From Vicugna vicugna (lineage: Eukaryota): a stretch of DNA of 64,000 nt. This document shows, piece after piece, positions 40,405-52,419 of the stretch. Position numbers and translations under genes: made by a program. The notes under the pieces were generated by a model. The model did not search any database. It had not been told where the DNA came from and saw only the letters and a list, made by a program, of their open reading frames with translations. The stretch's first letter is position 1, and each line of letters starts with the position of its first letter. Where the stretch lies: positions 5,454,093 through 5,518,092 of the forward strand of contig MU058687.1 in NCBI GenBank assembly GCA_013265495.1. The letters are read 5' to 3'.

Positions 40405-41008
40405 CAAATGGTTTCAAACAAGATGAACCCAAATGGAACCACACCAAGATATAGCATAATTAAAACGGCAAAAGTCAAAGATCAAGAGAGAATTCTAAAG
40501 GCAGCAAGAGAAAAACAGAGTCATATATAAGGAATCCTCCATAAGACTATCAGCTGATTTTTCTGCAGAAACTTGTAGGGTATACGGGGGTGCCATGATA
40601 TACTTAAAGAGAAAATAATGAAAGGGACAAATCTGCAACCTAGGATGTGCTACCCAGCAAGATTATTTCGAACAGAAGGACAGATAAAGACCATTTCAGA
40701 CAAGCAAAACTAAGAGTTCATCAATACTAAGGCCATCTTAAAAGAAATGTTAAAAGCTCTTCTATAAGTGCAAAAGAAAAGTCTGTAAGAAGTATTTACA
40801 GGAAAGGAAAAATTCCACTAGGAAAGGCAAATATATAGTAAAAACTAAGGACCAACCACTTAAATAAGTGAGGATGAAGATTAAAAGATAAAAAATTTGA
40901 AAGACCAATTACAATAATCAGTAAGGGGATAAATATGCAGATGTAAAATATGACATCAAAAATACAAAATGGGGGGGAGGGAGTGTTTTAACTTAAAGGA
41001 CTACCTGT

Positions 41009-41043
<35 letters not shown>

Positions 41044-44000
41044 AGTCNNNNNNNNNNNNNNNNNNNNNNNNNNNNNNNNNNNNNNNNNNNNNNNNNNNNN
41101 NNNNNNNNNNNNNNNNNNNNNNNNNNNNNNNNNNNNNNNNNNNNNNNNNNNNNNNNNNNNNNNNNTATATATATATAATTGTAGGTCAACATATATGAAA
41201 CCCATGGTTATCACAAATCAAAAACATAATAGATACAAAAATAAGAGAGAAAGGAACACAAGAATACCATTGAAGAAAATAATCAAAACACAAGGGCAGA
41301 CATTAAAAGAAGAAAAGAACAGCGAAAAACTACAAAAACAAGTGGGAAACAAGTAATAAAATGGCAATAAGTACACACCTATCAATAATTACTTTAAATG
41401 CCAATGGCCTAAATGCCCCAATCAAAAGATACAGAGTTGCTGGTTGGATAAAAAAAAAAAGACCTATTTATGCTGCTTTTAAGAGACTCAATTCAGAAAT
41501 AAAGACACACACAGACTGAAAATGAGGGGATGAAAAAAGATATGTCATACAAATGGAATTGACAAGAAAGTGGGGTACCAATACTCATACTAGACCAAAA
41601 ATACTTTAAAACAAAGTCTATAACAAATGACAAAGAAGGGCATTATATAATGACAAAAGGATCAATACAGTAAGAGGATATTATACTCTTTAACATATAT
41701 AACCCCAATACAGAAGCACTAATATATAAAACAAATATTAACCGACATAAGGGGGAATACAATAATACAATAACAGTAGGAAACCTTTAACACCCCACTT
41801 ACATCAATGGACAGATCACCCAGACAGAAAAGCAATAAGGCAACAGTAATCTTAATTGACACAATATGTCAGGACTTAACATATATCTACAGGACATTCC
41901 ATCCAAAAAGAGCAGACTACACAATTTTCCAAGTGTACATGGACTATTCTCCAAGATAGATCATATGTTAGGCCACAAAACAAGTCTCAACAGATTTAAA
42001 GGGATAAAAATTGTATCAAGCATTTCCCCCCACCACCACAATGAAACTACAAATCAGTTACAGAAAGAAAAATGGTAAAGGCACAAACACATGGAAACTA
42101 AACAAAATGCTACCAAAAAAGTGGATCAATGAATAAATCATAGAGAAAATCAGAAAATACCTCTAGAAATAGAAAAATGGAAACATAACTTTCCAAAATC
42201 CATGGGATTTAGCAAAAGCAGTTCTAAGAGGGAACTTTATGGCAATACAAACTTATCTCAAGAAATTAGAAAAATCTCAAACAAACTACCCTACTATTAC
42301 AAAAAGAATAACAAAGCCAAAAGTCAGCAGAAGGAAGGAAATGATGAAGATCAGAGAGGAAATAAATAAAACACAGATTAAAAAATAGAAAAGATCAATA
42401 AAGTCAAGAGCAGTTCTTTGAAAAGATAAAAAAAAAAAAACTGATAAAACTTTAGCCAGGCTCAGCAAGAGGAAAAGAGAGAGATGACCCAAATAAACAA
42501 AAGAAGAGAAGTAACAATCAATAACATGGAGATAAAAAAAATCATAATAGAATACTATGAACAGTTATATGTCAATAAATTAGACAACCTAGAAGAATTA
42601 GACAAATTCCTAGAAACAATCTGCAAAGACTGAATCAAGAAGAAATTGACAATTTGAACAGACTCATCAATAACAGTAAAATTGAATTTGTAATTTTAAA
42701 AACTCCCTTCAAACAAAAGTCCACTACCAAACAACCTTAGAGGAGAATTCTACCAAACACATAAAGAAAAGCTAATACATATCCTTCTGAAACTATTTCA
42801 AAAAACTGAAAGCACGGAACACTCTCAAATCCATTCTACAAGGCCTCCATTACCATGATACCCAAACCAGACAAAGACCCTACGGAAAAGGAAACTACAG
42901 GCCAATACCTCTAATGAATATAGATGAAAAATCCTCAACAAAATATTAGCAAATCAAATTCAACAATATATAAAAATGATCATACAACATGATCAACTGG
43001 GACTTATTCCAGGGGTACCAGGATGGTTCAATACTCACAAACCAAGCAATATAATACATCACATTAACAAAAGGAAGGATAAAGATCACATAATCATCTC
43101 AATAGATGCAGAAAGAACATTTGACAAAATTCAACATCCAATCAGGAAAATAAACTATCATCAAACTGGTATACAGGGAACATATTTCAACAAATAAAGG
43201 TCATTTATGACAAACCCACAGCTAACTTTATAGTGAATTGTGAAAAGGTGGAAGCTTTTCTTCTAAAATCAGAAACAAGACAAGGATGCTCACTCTTGTC
43301 ACTTCTATTTAACATAGCATTATAAGTCCTCACCACAGCAATTAGACAAGAAAAAGAAATAAAAGGCACTCAGATTGGAAGGGAAGAAGTAAAACTGTCG
43401 CTATTTGTAGATGACGTGATAACATATATAACACCTAGAAATAAAATTAACCAAGAAAGTGAAATAGCTATACTTTAAAAACTATAAAATACTGATGAAG
43501 GAAATTGAAGATGATACAAACAAATGGAAAGATATCCCATGTTCTTGGATTGGAAGAATTAATACTGTTAAATGTCCATACTACCAAAAGCAATCTACAG
43601 ATTTAATGCAAGCAAAAATAAATGGGACCTACTTAAATTTAATAGCTTTTGTACAGCAAAGGAAAACATCAACCAAATGAAAAGACAACCTACCAAATGG
43701 TAGAAAATATTTGCAAATAATATGATCAATGAGGGATTAAAATCCAAAAAATATAAACAGCTCATACAATTCAATAATCAGAAAAAAAAAAGATAAACAG
43801 ATGGCCAACAGGAGTATGAAAAAAATGTTCTTGGGCAGAAGGCCTAAAAAGACACTTCTAAAAAGAAGATTTACAGACGGCCAACAGGCACATGAAAAGG
43901 TGCTCAACATCATTAATTGTTAGAGAAAAGCAAATCAAAACTACAATGAGGTATCACTTCAAACTGTTCAGAATGGCCATCATTAAAAGCCTACAAATAA

Positions 44001-44118
44001 AGAATGCTAGAAAGGGTGTGGAGAAAAGAGAATCCTCCTATATTGTTGGTGGGAATGTAATTTGGTGCAGCCATTGTGGAGAATAGTATGGAAGGTCCTT
44101 AAAAAACTAAAACTAGCT
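40405..44118 (+). mobile_element. Intermediate-age L1: ORF1 3' part, inter-ORF and degenerate ORF2 (endonuclease, RT, C-terminal)
   Basis: ORF track fragments FSKIDHMLGHKTSLNRF (41866-42078), [18 protein letters not shown] (42976-43197), [14 protein letters not shown] (43495-43680), QIKTTMRYH (43892-44086); many stops, frameshifts and internal deletions. Confidence 0.95.
41048..41165. other. Assembly gap (118 N) flanked by (TA)n
   Basis: N run read directly. Confidence 1.
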
Positions 44119-44120
44119 TT

Positions 44121-46021
44121 TAAATTTGCATCCAAAAAATAAAATACTTAGGAATAAATCCAACCAAGGAGGTGAAAGTCTTATACTTGGAGAACTACAA
44201 ATCATTGACTAAGGAAGTTAAAGCTGACTTAAAGAAATGGAAAGATAATCCATGTTCTTGGATTTGAAGAATTTGTATTGTTAAAATGACCAAACTACCA
44301 AAAGCAATCTACAGATTTAATGGAATCCCTGTTGAATTACTCAGGACATTTTTCATAGAATTAGAACAAATAATCCTAAAATTTATATGGAATCAAAAAA
44401 GAGGCAGAATTGCCAAGCAGTACTGAAGAAAAGAATTAAGCTGGAGGAATAACCCTCCCAGACTTCAGACAATACTACACAGCTACAGTAATCAAAATAG
44501 CATCTCTGCTTCCGATTTCAAAAAAAAACAAACAAAAAAACAGCATGGTGTTGGTACAAAAATAGGCATATGGATCAATGGAACAGAATAGAGAGCCCAG
44601 AAATAAACCCACAATTTTTTGTCAATTAATCTTTACAAAGGAGGCAAGAATATACAATGGACTAAAGACAGTCTCTTCAGCAAATGGTGTTGGGATAATT
44701 GGACAGCTGCATGTAAATCAATGAAGTTAGAATTCTCCCTCACATCATACACAAAAATAAAGACTTAAACATATGGCAAGACACTATAAACCTCTTAGAA
44801 TTAAACATAGGTAAAACATTATCTGACATAAATCTTAGCAATTCTCTCTAAGGGCAGTCTACCCAGGCAATAGAAATAAGAGCAAAAATAAACAAATGGA
44901 GCCCAATTAAATATATAAGCCTTTGCACAGCAAAGGAAACCATAAGCAAAACAAAATGCCAGCCTACAGAATGGGAGAAAATATTTGCAAAAGATGAGAC
45001 TGACAAGGGCTTAATTTACAGAATATATAAACAGCTCATACAACTTAATAACCAAAAAATAAACAACCCAAGCCAAATATGGGCAGGAGACCTAAACAAG
45101 CAGCTCTCCAATGAAGATACACAAATGGCCAATAGGCACATGAAAAAATGCTCAATATCAATAATTATCAGAAAAATGCAAATCAAAACTACAGTGAGGT
45201 ATTACCTCACACCAGTTAGAATGGCCACCATTCCAAAGTCCATAAACAATAAATGCTAGAGAGGATGTGGAGAAAAAAGAACCCTCCTACACTGCTGGTG
45301 GAAATGTAGTTTGGTGCAGCCATTATGGAAAACAGTATGGAGATTCCTCAAAAGACTAAAAATAGACTTACCATATGATCCAGCAAACCACTCCTGGGCA
45401 TATATCCAGAGGGAATTTTAATTCAAAAAGATATATGCACCCTAATGCTCATAGCACACTATTTACAATAGGCAAGACATGAAAACAAACTAAATTTCCA
45501 TTGACAGATGACTAAATAAGAAGTTGTGATATATGTGTACAATGGAATACTACTCAGCCATAAAAAATAATAAAATAACGCCATTTGCAGCAACATGGAT
45601 GGACCTGGAGATCGTCATTCTAAGTGAAGTAAGCCAGAAAGACAAAGAAAAATACCATATATTATCACTTATATGTTGAGTCTTAAAAAAAAAAAAGACA
45701 CGCTAACTTATTTAGAAAACAAACAGACTCACAGACATAGAAAACAAACTTATGGTTACCAGAGGGGAAGGCGGTGGGAAGGGATAAATTAGGGGCCTGA
45801 GATTTGCAGATACTAAGACATATAAAATAGATAAACAACAAATTCATTCTGTACAGCACAGGCAACTATATTCAATATCTTACAGTAACCTTAAAGTGAA
45901 AAAGAAAATGAAAATGAATATATGTTTGTTCATGTATGACTGAAGCATTATGCTGTACACCAGAAATTGACACAATATTGTAAACTGACTATACTTCATT
46001 AAAAAATATATATATATAAAA
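44121..46021 (+). mobile_element. Younger 5'-truncated L1 (ORF2 3' part plus camelid-type 3'UTR) nested in the previous L1
   Basis: Sequence jumps back to mid-ORF2 ('aaaatacttaggaataaatc') and runs to a tail 'ctatacttcattaaaaaatatatatatat', similar to the copy at 17670-18205. Confidence 0.9.
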
Positions 46022-46187
46022 GAGGGTATGCTGTACAGCACAGAGAATTATAAGATTAATTAAAGACATTCTTAAACAAACAAAATTATTTTGTCATAAA
46101 TTTAATTGGAATGTAATCTATAAAAATATTGAATCACTAAGTTGTACACTTGAAACTAATATTTAAGTTATCTATGCTTCTATTTTT
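46022..46187 (+). mobile_element. 3' terminus of the intermediate-age L1
   Basis: 'ctgtacagcacagagaattat...gaatcactaagttgtacacttgaaactaat...tatgcttc'; followed by the right copy of an 18-bp TSD. Confidence 0.7.
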
Positions 46188-47545
46188 AAAATTACTAGTC
46201 ATGCAAAGAAAGGAAAATATGATGCATTTTTAAGGCAAAATTTGATCAACAGAAGTAGATTCAAAAATGAGAAGATAACAGAATTAGTAGGCAAGGATAT
46301 TAAAACAGTTACTATAAAGATGCTCAATATGTTCAAAAGGATAGAGAGAAAAAAACACGAGCAGGTTAAAGAGGAAATGGAATATGCAGAAAAGAACCAA
46401 ATCAAACAATCTCTAACATGAAAAATGCACTGAATGAGACTGATAACAGATTGGATAAGGAAGAAAAAGACACATTAGTGAACTGAAGACATAGCAATTT
46501 AAAAAAATCCAAAATAAAACAGAGAGAAAAAGATTAAAATAAGAACAAAACTTAAATGAATGTCAGATAATATCAAGTGATTAAAACATGCAAGAAAGGG
46601 GAGATGACATATTTGGAAAAATGGCAAAAAAATTCCAAATTTAACAAAAAACATCTATAAACCCACATATCACAGAAACTCAACAGACTTCAATCAAAAT
46701 AATCATGAAGAAAATCAGTTCAATTCACATCATTTAAAAATAGTTGAAAACCAGTAATAAAGAGAAAGTTTTAAAAACAGTCAGTGAAAAAGACATTTCA
46801 AAGAGAAGATTCAAGGTAATCATGACAGCAGACTTCCTTTGAGAAACCATCCAAGAAAGAAGACAATAAAGTGACATCTTTAAAGTATTAAAACCAAAAC
46901 ACTTTCAGTTAAGAATTCTACACCCAGGAAAAATATATAACAAAAGGAAGATTAATTAAAGACATTCTTAAACAAACAAAATCTTTAACAATTTATTACC
47001 AGAATTTCTTCACATGGAAGGAAAATAATACCTGATGGAAATTTGAATCTGCACAAAAACATGAAGATCACCAGATACGGTAATATGTGAGTAAACATAA
47101 AAACATTTGTTTGTATCTTAAAAATCTCTTTGAAAGAGAGTTCCTTGTTTAAAATAAAGTTAATAATAATGTGATATAGACTTTATAATAAATGCAGAAT
47201 TAAAATGTATGATAATAATATAAAGTTCATAGAGATGGATGCATATTAGAATAAGGTTCTTAAATATAATGTGTAGTTGTATGATACTGTTTGAAGGAAG
47301 ACTGTGATAAGTTAAAGATGTATATTTTAAACCCTAGGAACAACCACGTTAAAAAAAGCATAGATAATAAATCAATAGTGGAGATAAAATGGAATCATAA
47401 ACTTTAATTAATCCAAAAGAATATAGAAAAAAGAAACAGAGAAGATAGAAACTGTTCCCTATCATTTCCTGTAGAAAACAAATAGAAAGATGATGGATTT
47501 GAATCCAATCATATCAATAACTATGTTAATTATAAATGGTCATAC
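46188..47545 (+). mobile_element. Old L1M ORF1/inter-ORF region, right part
   Basis: 'gacagcagacttc...agaagacaat...gacatctttaaagt...aagaattctacacccagg...ccaatcatatcaataac...taaatggtc'. Confidence 0.75.
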
Positions 47546-47859
47546 TACTACCCTTGAGAAAGAATAAGAAAACATTTGCCAAAAATTTGTGTTTTAGTAA
47601 GAAAGGATACACGAATGACAACTGTAAAATAAAAGTGCATTGAGACATGGTGTTAACATTGACTCCTCTTTGAATCAAAGATAATCATAAGGCATTATAT
47701 TTATAGACTTTCTCCCCTAAAATAAGAACATACAAATAGAAATCTATCAAGGTTAGTATAGAGATAAAGGTCAAGAGAATATACAAACTATTAACAATGG
47801 TTAAGTCTAGGAAGATATGGGAGGAGAGGAGGTGAACTAGAGTAAAGGGAAGAGGGAGC

Positions 47860-48003
47860 TTGATGAATGTAGATTTCCAAGTTTCACCGCGAGTGATGGA
47901 TTCAGTAGATACGGGACTGTGCCTAGAAGTCTGCATCTTTAGCAGTCACCCACAAGTAATTAGGTTGTGAACAGTCCCTGGATCAAACTTTAATGGACAC
48001 TGG
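47860..48003. mobile_element. MER5-type fragment
   Basis: 'gattcagtagat...gcctagaagtctgcatcttt...ggatcaaacttt...acactg'. Confidence 0.55.
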
Positions 48004-48019
48004 TGGAGTAATTTGGAGA

Positions 48020-48220
48020 ATGGGACAGTAAGAGTATGGTCAGACCGCCTGGGTTTGAATCTAAGCTCCACCAATAACTTGCTGGCAAAAGTCACTTGAT
48101 TTAGTTTAAAGATGTGCAAATAGGAGCATCTGTATTAACTGTGTCACTTCATTTAAAATATTTAGCATAGTGCCTCGCAATACGGCCACAACAGTGGCTA
48201 ATGTTAACTACTGCTGCTGT
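48020..48220 (+). mobile_element. MIR SINE
   Basis: 'gtcagaccgcctgggtttgaatctaagctccacc...ttagcatagtgcct'. Confidence 0.7.
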
Positions 48221-48272
48221 ATCTATTTCTGAATAATTTGGATTTTTATATGGATAGTGTTAGTGTGTTACT

Positions 48273-48470
48273 CAGTGCCATGACAGGCCATATTGGAGGC
48301 TGAGTCAAAAGGGAAAACCAGTAATGTTGATCCTGTCTTTACTTAAAATGTTGATATTCTACTCATCATAAATTTTTGCATTAATTTTGATTTTTAAAAT
48401 ATTATATTAAAATATTATTTATTTGGGTTTTTTTGGTGCTATATCTAGTGCCTCACCCTAGGCCCACCCT
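48273..48470 (+). mobile_element. MER96B-like hAT MITE
   Basis: 'ccatattggaggctgagtcaaaagg...gatcctgtcttt...tttttgcattaattttgattttt...gcctcaccctag'. Confidence 0.75.
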
Positions 48471-48759
48471 ATATCGTTTGTGTAAACAAAAGAAGTAGGG
48501 AAGAGGCTTACTCCTATGATCACATAGCCTATTTGTCAAACATTGTGGAGACACAGGTGTGGCCTTACCTGCTGAAAGAATGAGAGGTAGTGCCCTGAGA
48601 ATGAGGTGCTTCTTCACTATTCAAGGCACTTCCTATTCTACCTTGTTTCAAATACCTAGCTCTCCTAACAGTATTTCTGAAAAGAACTTAGTTTACTAAA
48701 AAGTTATTTGCACAACTCTGTATCAAAACGTTTCACCTGCAAAATGACCTCAAACAGAA

Positions 48760-49015
48760 ATAGTAATATGGTACGACTCTGTGCTCAGTTTGTGTCAGTA
48801 CTGTTCCAAGCATTCCACATATGTTAAATGATTTAATTCTCTCAGCAGTCCTATGATATAGGTACCATTTTTGTTCCCAATCTATAGATGAAGAAACTGA
48901 AGACCTTAAGGATATGTGACTTTTTCAACCTCACACAATTGGAAAGTGGCAGAGTCAGGATTTAAAACTAGGTATTTTATTCAAGACTTTACTCTTAACT
49001 ACCACACTGCATGGC
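48760..49015 (-). mobile_element. MIR SINE
   Basis: 'atttaattctctcagcagtcctatga...atagatgaagaaactga...aagtggcagagtcaggattt...ctcttaactaccacactg'. Confidence 0.85.
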
Positions 49016-49274
49016 CTTTCACAGCTCTAAACTTAGGAAGCAGAAATCCGGGAAACTATAGGATGTCAGTAGGCAGTAAAGATATCTGAGACCCTTCCAT
49101 TCCTGCTTTTTGTATTTCCAGAGCTAAATCTCTGCATTTATATTGACTAGGGTCATAGGTGGGTAACCACATCAACAGCTAGTTTCACTGCCTAAATACT
49201 CAGGAATACAAAAGAACACTTTCAGTGATTTATAGTTAAACTGGTTATTCACTGGCAGAAAGAGAGACATACAG

Positions 49275-49311
49275 CACACACCACACACCACACACACACA
49301 CACACACACAC
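49275..49311. repeat. Interrupted (CA)n microsatellite
   Basis: Direct reading. Confidence 0.9.
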
Positions 49312-50326
49312 CCTTGGAGTGCACATGGGAATTCAGATTTATTGTCAAGAGAGATCTGCATAAAAAGCAAGAACACTTGGCTCACTGGGTATGTGTCCCC
49401 CTTTTCTCATTATGACATCTTTGCAGGCATGAAGTCTTCTGATGGCATGTCAGCTTGGAAAATGGTATCTCTGTTAGAAGCTTGATGAGTACATCTTATT
49501 TTTAACGCTAATTCCTGCTTGTGGATAGTCCTCTTCAAGCGATGCTTACATAAGATACAGAGAAATGACAGGATAAAAATAGTTACTATGAAATCCTTCA
49601 CAGGCTCTAAACAGTTTTAACTTTTGGCAAAAGGACTTCGTTATTTATATACTCGGACAAATATAGGTCACACACTCCTCAGATTATTAATGTTCTTCTG
49701 CAAATAACTGACATACAGAGTGTGTAAATATACCAACTGTGCCCCTTCCTGTGTCTTAATTAAATTCTAGCAATCTTGTTCAGAGTCATGTGTATTTGAT
49801 TTATCTTAGGATCATCATTAATATATATCAATAATATTGCAGTGACAGAATCTTTTCTTGCCTCTTTTTTAAAAACAAATACAGTCATAAGTGATTTAGT
49901 TTCAACAGATAATGTCCAATTCCAAAATCTTAAGATTTCAATTCCCCACTGTCCAAATGTCCATAAACTTCAAATAACATCAACTCACATGCCATAACCC
50001 TAGAAGAGAACGAGGTGGCAGATTCTGTAAATGAAGTAAGAAGCACACTGGTTTACATTAAAACAGTTATTTCTCTGTCAAATCCTCATAGCAAGAACAG
50101 AATCTCAGTTCAACGTTTTTAGGCCAAATGAAGCACCATGTTTATAAATAAAGCCTTCAGTCCTTTTCCTCTCTAAGTAGTAAATTTTTGCAACCTCTGG
50201 CATTTGCAGTATGAACATTTGTCTGATTTAGTTGCAGGACAAAGGCACTCTGTTATGGAAAAAGAAGCATTTCTGCACTCACCAATATCCCAAAACATTC
50301 TTAAAATGTAGGTGTCCTATGGGGTC

Positions 50327-50829
50327 TGTGGTCCGTGGAATAATGGCTCCCAACATATGTCTATGTCCTCATCCCTAGAACCTGTGAACATGTTATCTTA
50401 CATGCAAAAGGGACTTTGCAGATGTGATTAAGGTTAAGGACCTTCAGATGGTGAAATCAAGCTAGATTATTATCCAGGTGGACCCAACCTAATCACATGG
50501 GAATTTAAAATGGGAGTAACGTTCTCAACTGGATTTAGAGTCAGAAAGAGATATGTGAGTACAGAAGAATGGCCACAGACATGCAGTCTTGCTGGCTTTG
50601 AAGATGGAAGAAGGGGCCATAAGCTAACAAACATGGTTACCCTCTTCAAGCTGTAAAAGGAAAGAATGTTCTCTAGAGCCTCCAGAAAGGAACGCAGTCA
50701 ACACCTGGATTTTAGCCCCGAAACACCTGTGTCGCACTTCCAACCTACAAAACTGTGAGATTCTAAATTTGTGTTTTAAGCCACTAAGTTTTTAGTAATT
50801 TGTTACAGCAATAATAGGAAACTAACACA
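50327..50829 (+). mobile_element. MaLR solo LTR (MLT1D-like)
   Basis: 'gaataatggctccc...aaaagggactttgcagatgtgattaagg...ctagagcctccagaaaggaac...ttgttacagcaataataggaaactaacaca'. Confidence 0.9.
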
Positions 50830-50932
50830 AAAATATTTTTAAGCTAATAGGCAACTCAATCAATTTCACAAGGAAAATTATTCCACTTTTACAACAGGTA
50901 TACTTTAGCATTTATTCCTACCAAAGGAAATG

Positions 50933-51437
50933 TGTGATGGCTAAGTTTATATGTCAAATTCACTAGCCATGGAGTGCCCAGATTAAACATTTTGTCTGGG
51001 TGCACTGTGATGGTGTTTCCAGACAAAATTAGCATTTGAATAGATAGACTCAGTAAGGTAGACTGTCCTCCGCAATGTGCGTGGGTTATCACCCAACCCA
51101 CTGAGGACCTGAAGAGAACAAAAGGTGGAGGATGGAGTAATTTGCTCCTTTTGGTTCCTGCCTGCCTGCTTGAGTTGGGACATCTCATCTCATCTTCTCT
51201 GGTCCTCAGACTGGGATTCACATCAATAGCTTCCCCCATTCTTTGGTCTTCAGATTTAGAATGAATTATACGGTGGGCTTTCCTGTGTCTCCAGCTTACA
51301 GATGATACACTGTGGGACTTCTTAGGCTCCATAACCTTGTGAGGTAAGACAATTTCTCGTAATAAATACATATGATTTGTATATACATACATATATACAT
51401 GTAACTTACTTCTGTTTCTCTGGAGAGCCCTAATACA
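50933..51437 (+). mobile_element. ERVL solo LTR (MLT2-type)
   Basis: 'tgtgatggctaagtttatatgtcaa...gtgcccagatt...ttctgtttctctggagagccctaataca'. Confidence 0.9.
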
Positions 51438-51784
51438 TGAACTTTCTTCTCTTTACACAGGATCACATTGCTATTAGGACATAAAGAGTGCATTAATCTT
51501 CTATTTTCCAGGAAATAAACTAAAAGAATGTTTTTAGGTACTGAAACCAAAACCACTGAACTCCAGACCTCAAGCTTCAACAATTTCTCATGTCTCTAAA
51601 ACACAAGATGCCCAGAATTTCCTAACAGTTAACAACTTCTAATTTCTCTGAAATCTTGGGTTCACCATCAGGTTATGGGGATAGGAGGTGTGGTCATAGG
51701 AGAGAGGTAAATGACCCAAGGCCTGGCTCCCAGGTGATTTCCTTAGAGCACTGGTGTTTCGCACACACCTAGCAGATCAATTTA

Positions 51785-51900
51785 TCATTTACTCATTCCT
51801 GAAGCAAATATTGACTGTGCATCTATAATGGTCCAGACACTGTGCTAGGTGCTGGGGATACAGTGGAGAACATGACAAGCAACGTTTCGATCCCAGAAGC
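51785..51900 (-). mobile_element. L2 3' end
   Basis: 'ccagacactgtgctaggtgctggggatacagtgg'. Confidence 0.75.
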
Positions 51901-52183
51901 CAGAATTCACAGAGTTTTCACAGAACAACAGGAGCTGACAGAACAATGAGAACTCCTCTCCAGATCACGAGCACCTGGTCAAGTCTTTTGCTCTGCAAGT
52001 ATAAAGAGAAGTGACTTGGCAACTATTGAGACTCACTTCACCCACCTGGTGACTTTCAGCTTTGCATCTGAACGTATTCCTGACCAGTAAGAGCAGGAAC
52101 CCAGAGGTCCTACAACTTTATCCTATTTATTCTCCGTTCTACAGAATGGCTTCCTTGGAAACAAGCTGAGCAAGCCCTTTCCC

Positions 52184-52372
52184 CTGGTGGTTCTCCAATT
52201 TTAGTGTGCACAAGAACCACCAGAGTACTTGTTTAAAGTGCTTGTCCCTAGGCTCTCAGCAAGATAGTCTGACTTAATGGGTATGACATGAGATCCAGCA
52301 GTTAGAATTTTTAAACAAATACTCCAGGTGAAGTCTGTGGAAATGACTGCACACTGCACACTGATGAACACC
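52184..52372. mobile_element. MER5A-type MITE
   Basis: 'gtggttctccaattttagtgtgcacaagaaccacc...atttttaaacaaatactccaggtga'. Confidence 0.7.
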
Positions 52373-52419
52373 AATTTAATTGTTACAATTTTCAGAGACA
52401 TAGGCTAAGAATGTTACTT

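Noticed and set aside
40969..41214. ORFs spanning the N gap
   Set aside because: Artefacts of ambiguous bases and (TA)n.
40405..46021. Intact, potentially active L1
   Set aside because: 5'-truncated, chimeric, with many stops, frameshifts and internal deletions.
49410..49601. 63-aa ORF in unique sequence as a coding exon
   Set aside because: No convincing flanking splice sites and no recognisable homology.
50889..51392. Longest ORF in the track (167 aa)
   Set aside because: Lies almost entirely on the antisense strand of an MLT2 LTR and has no protein-like features.
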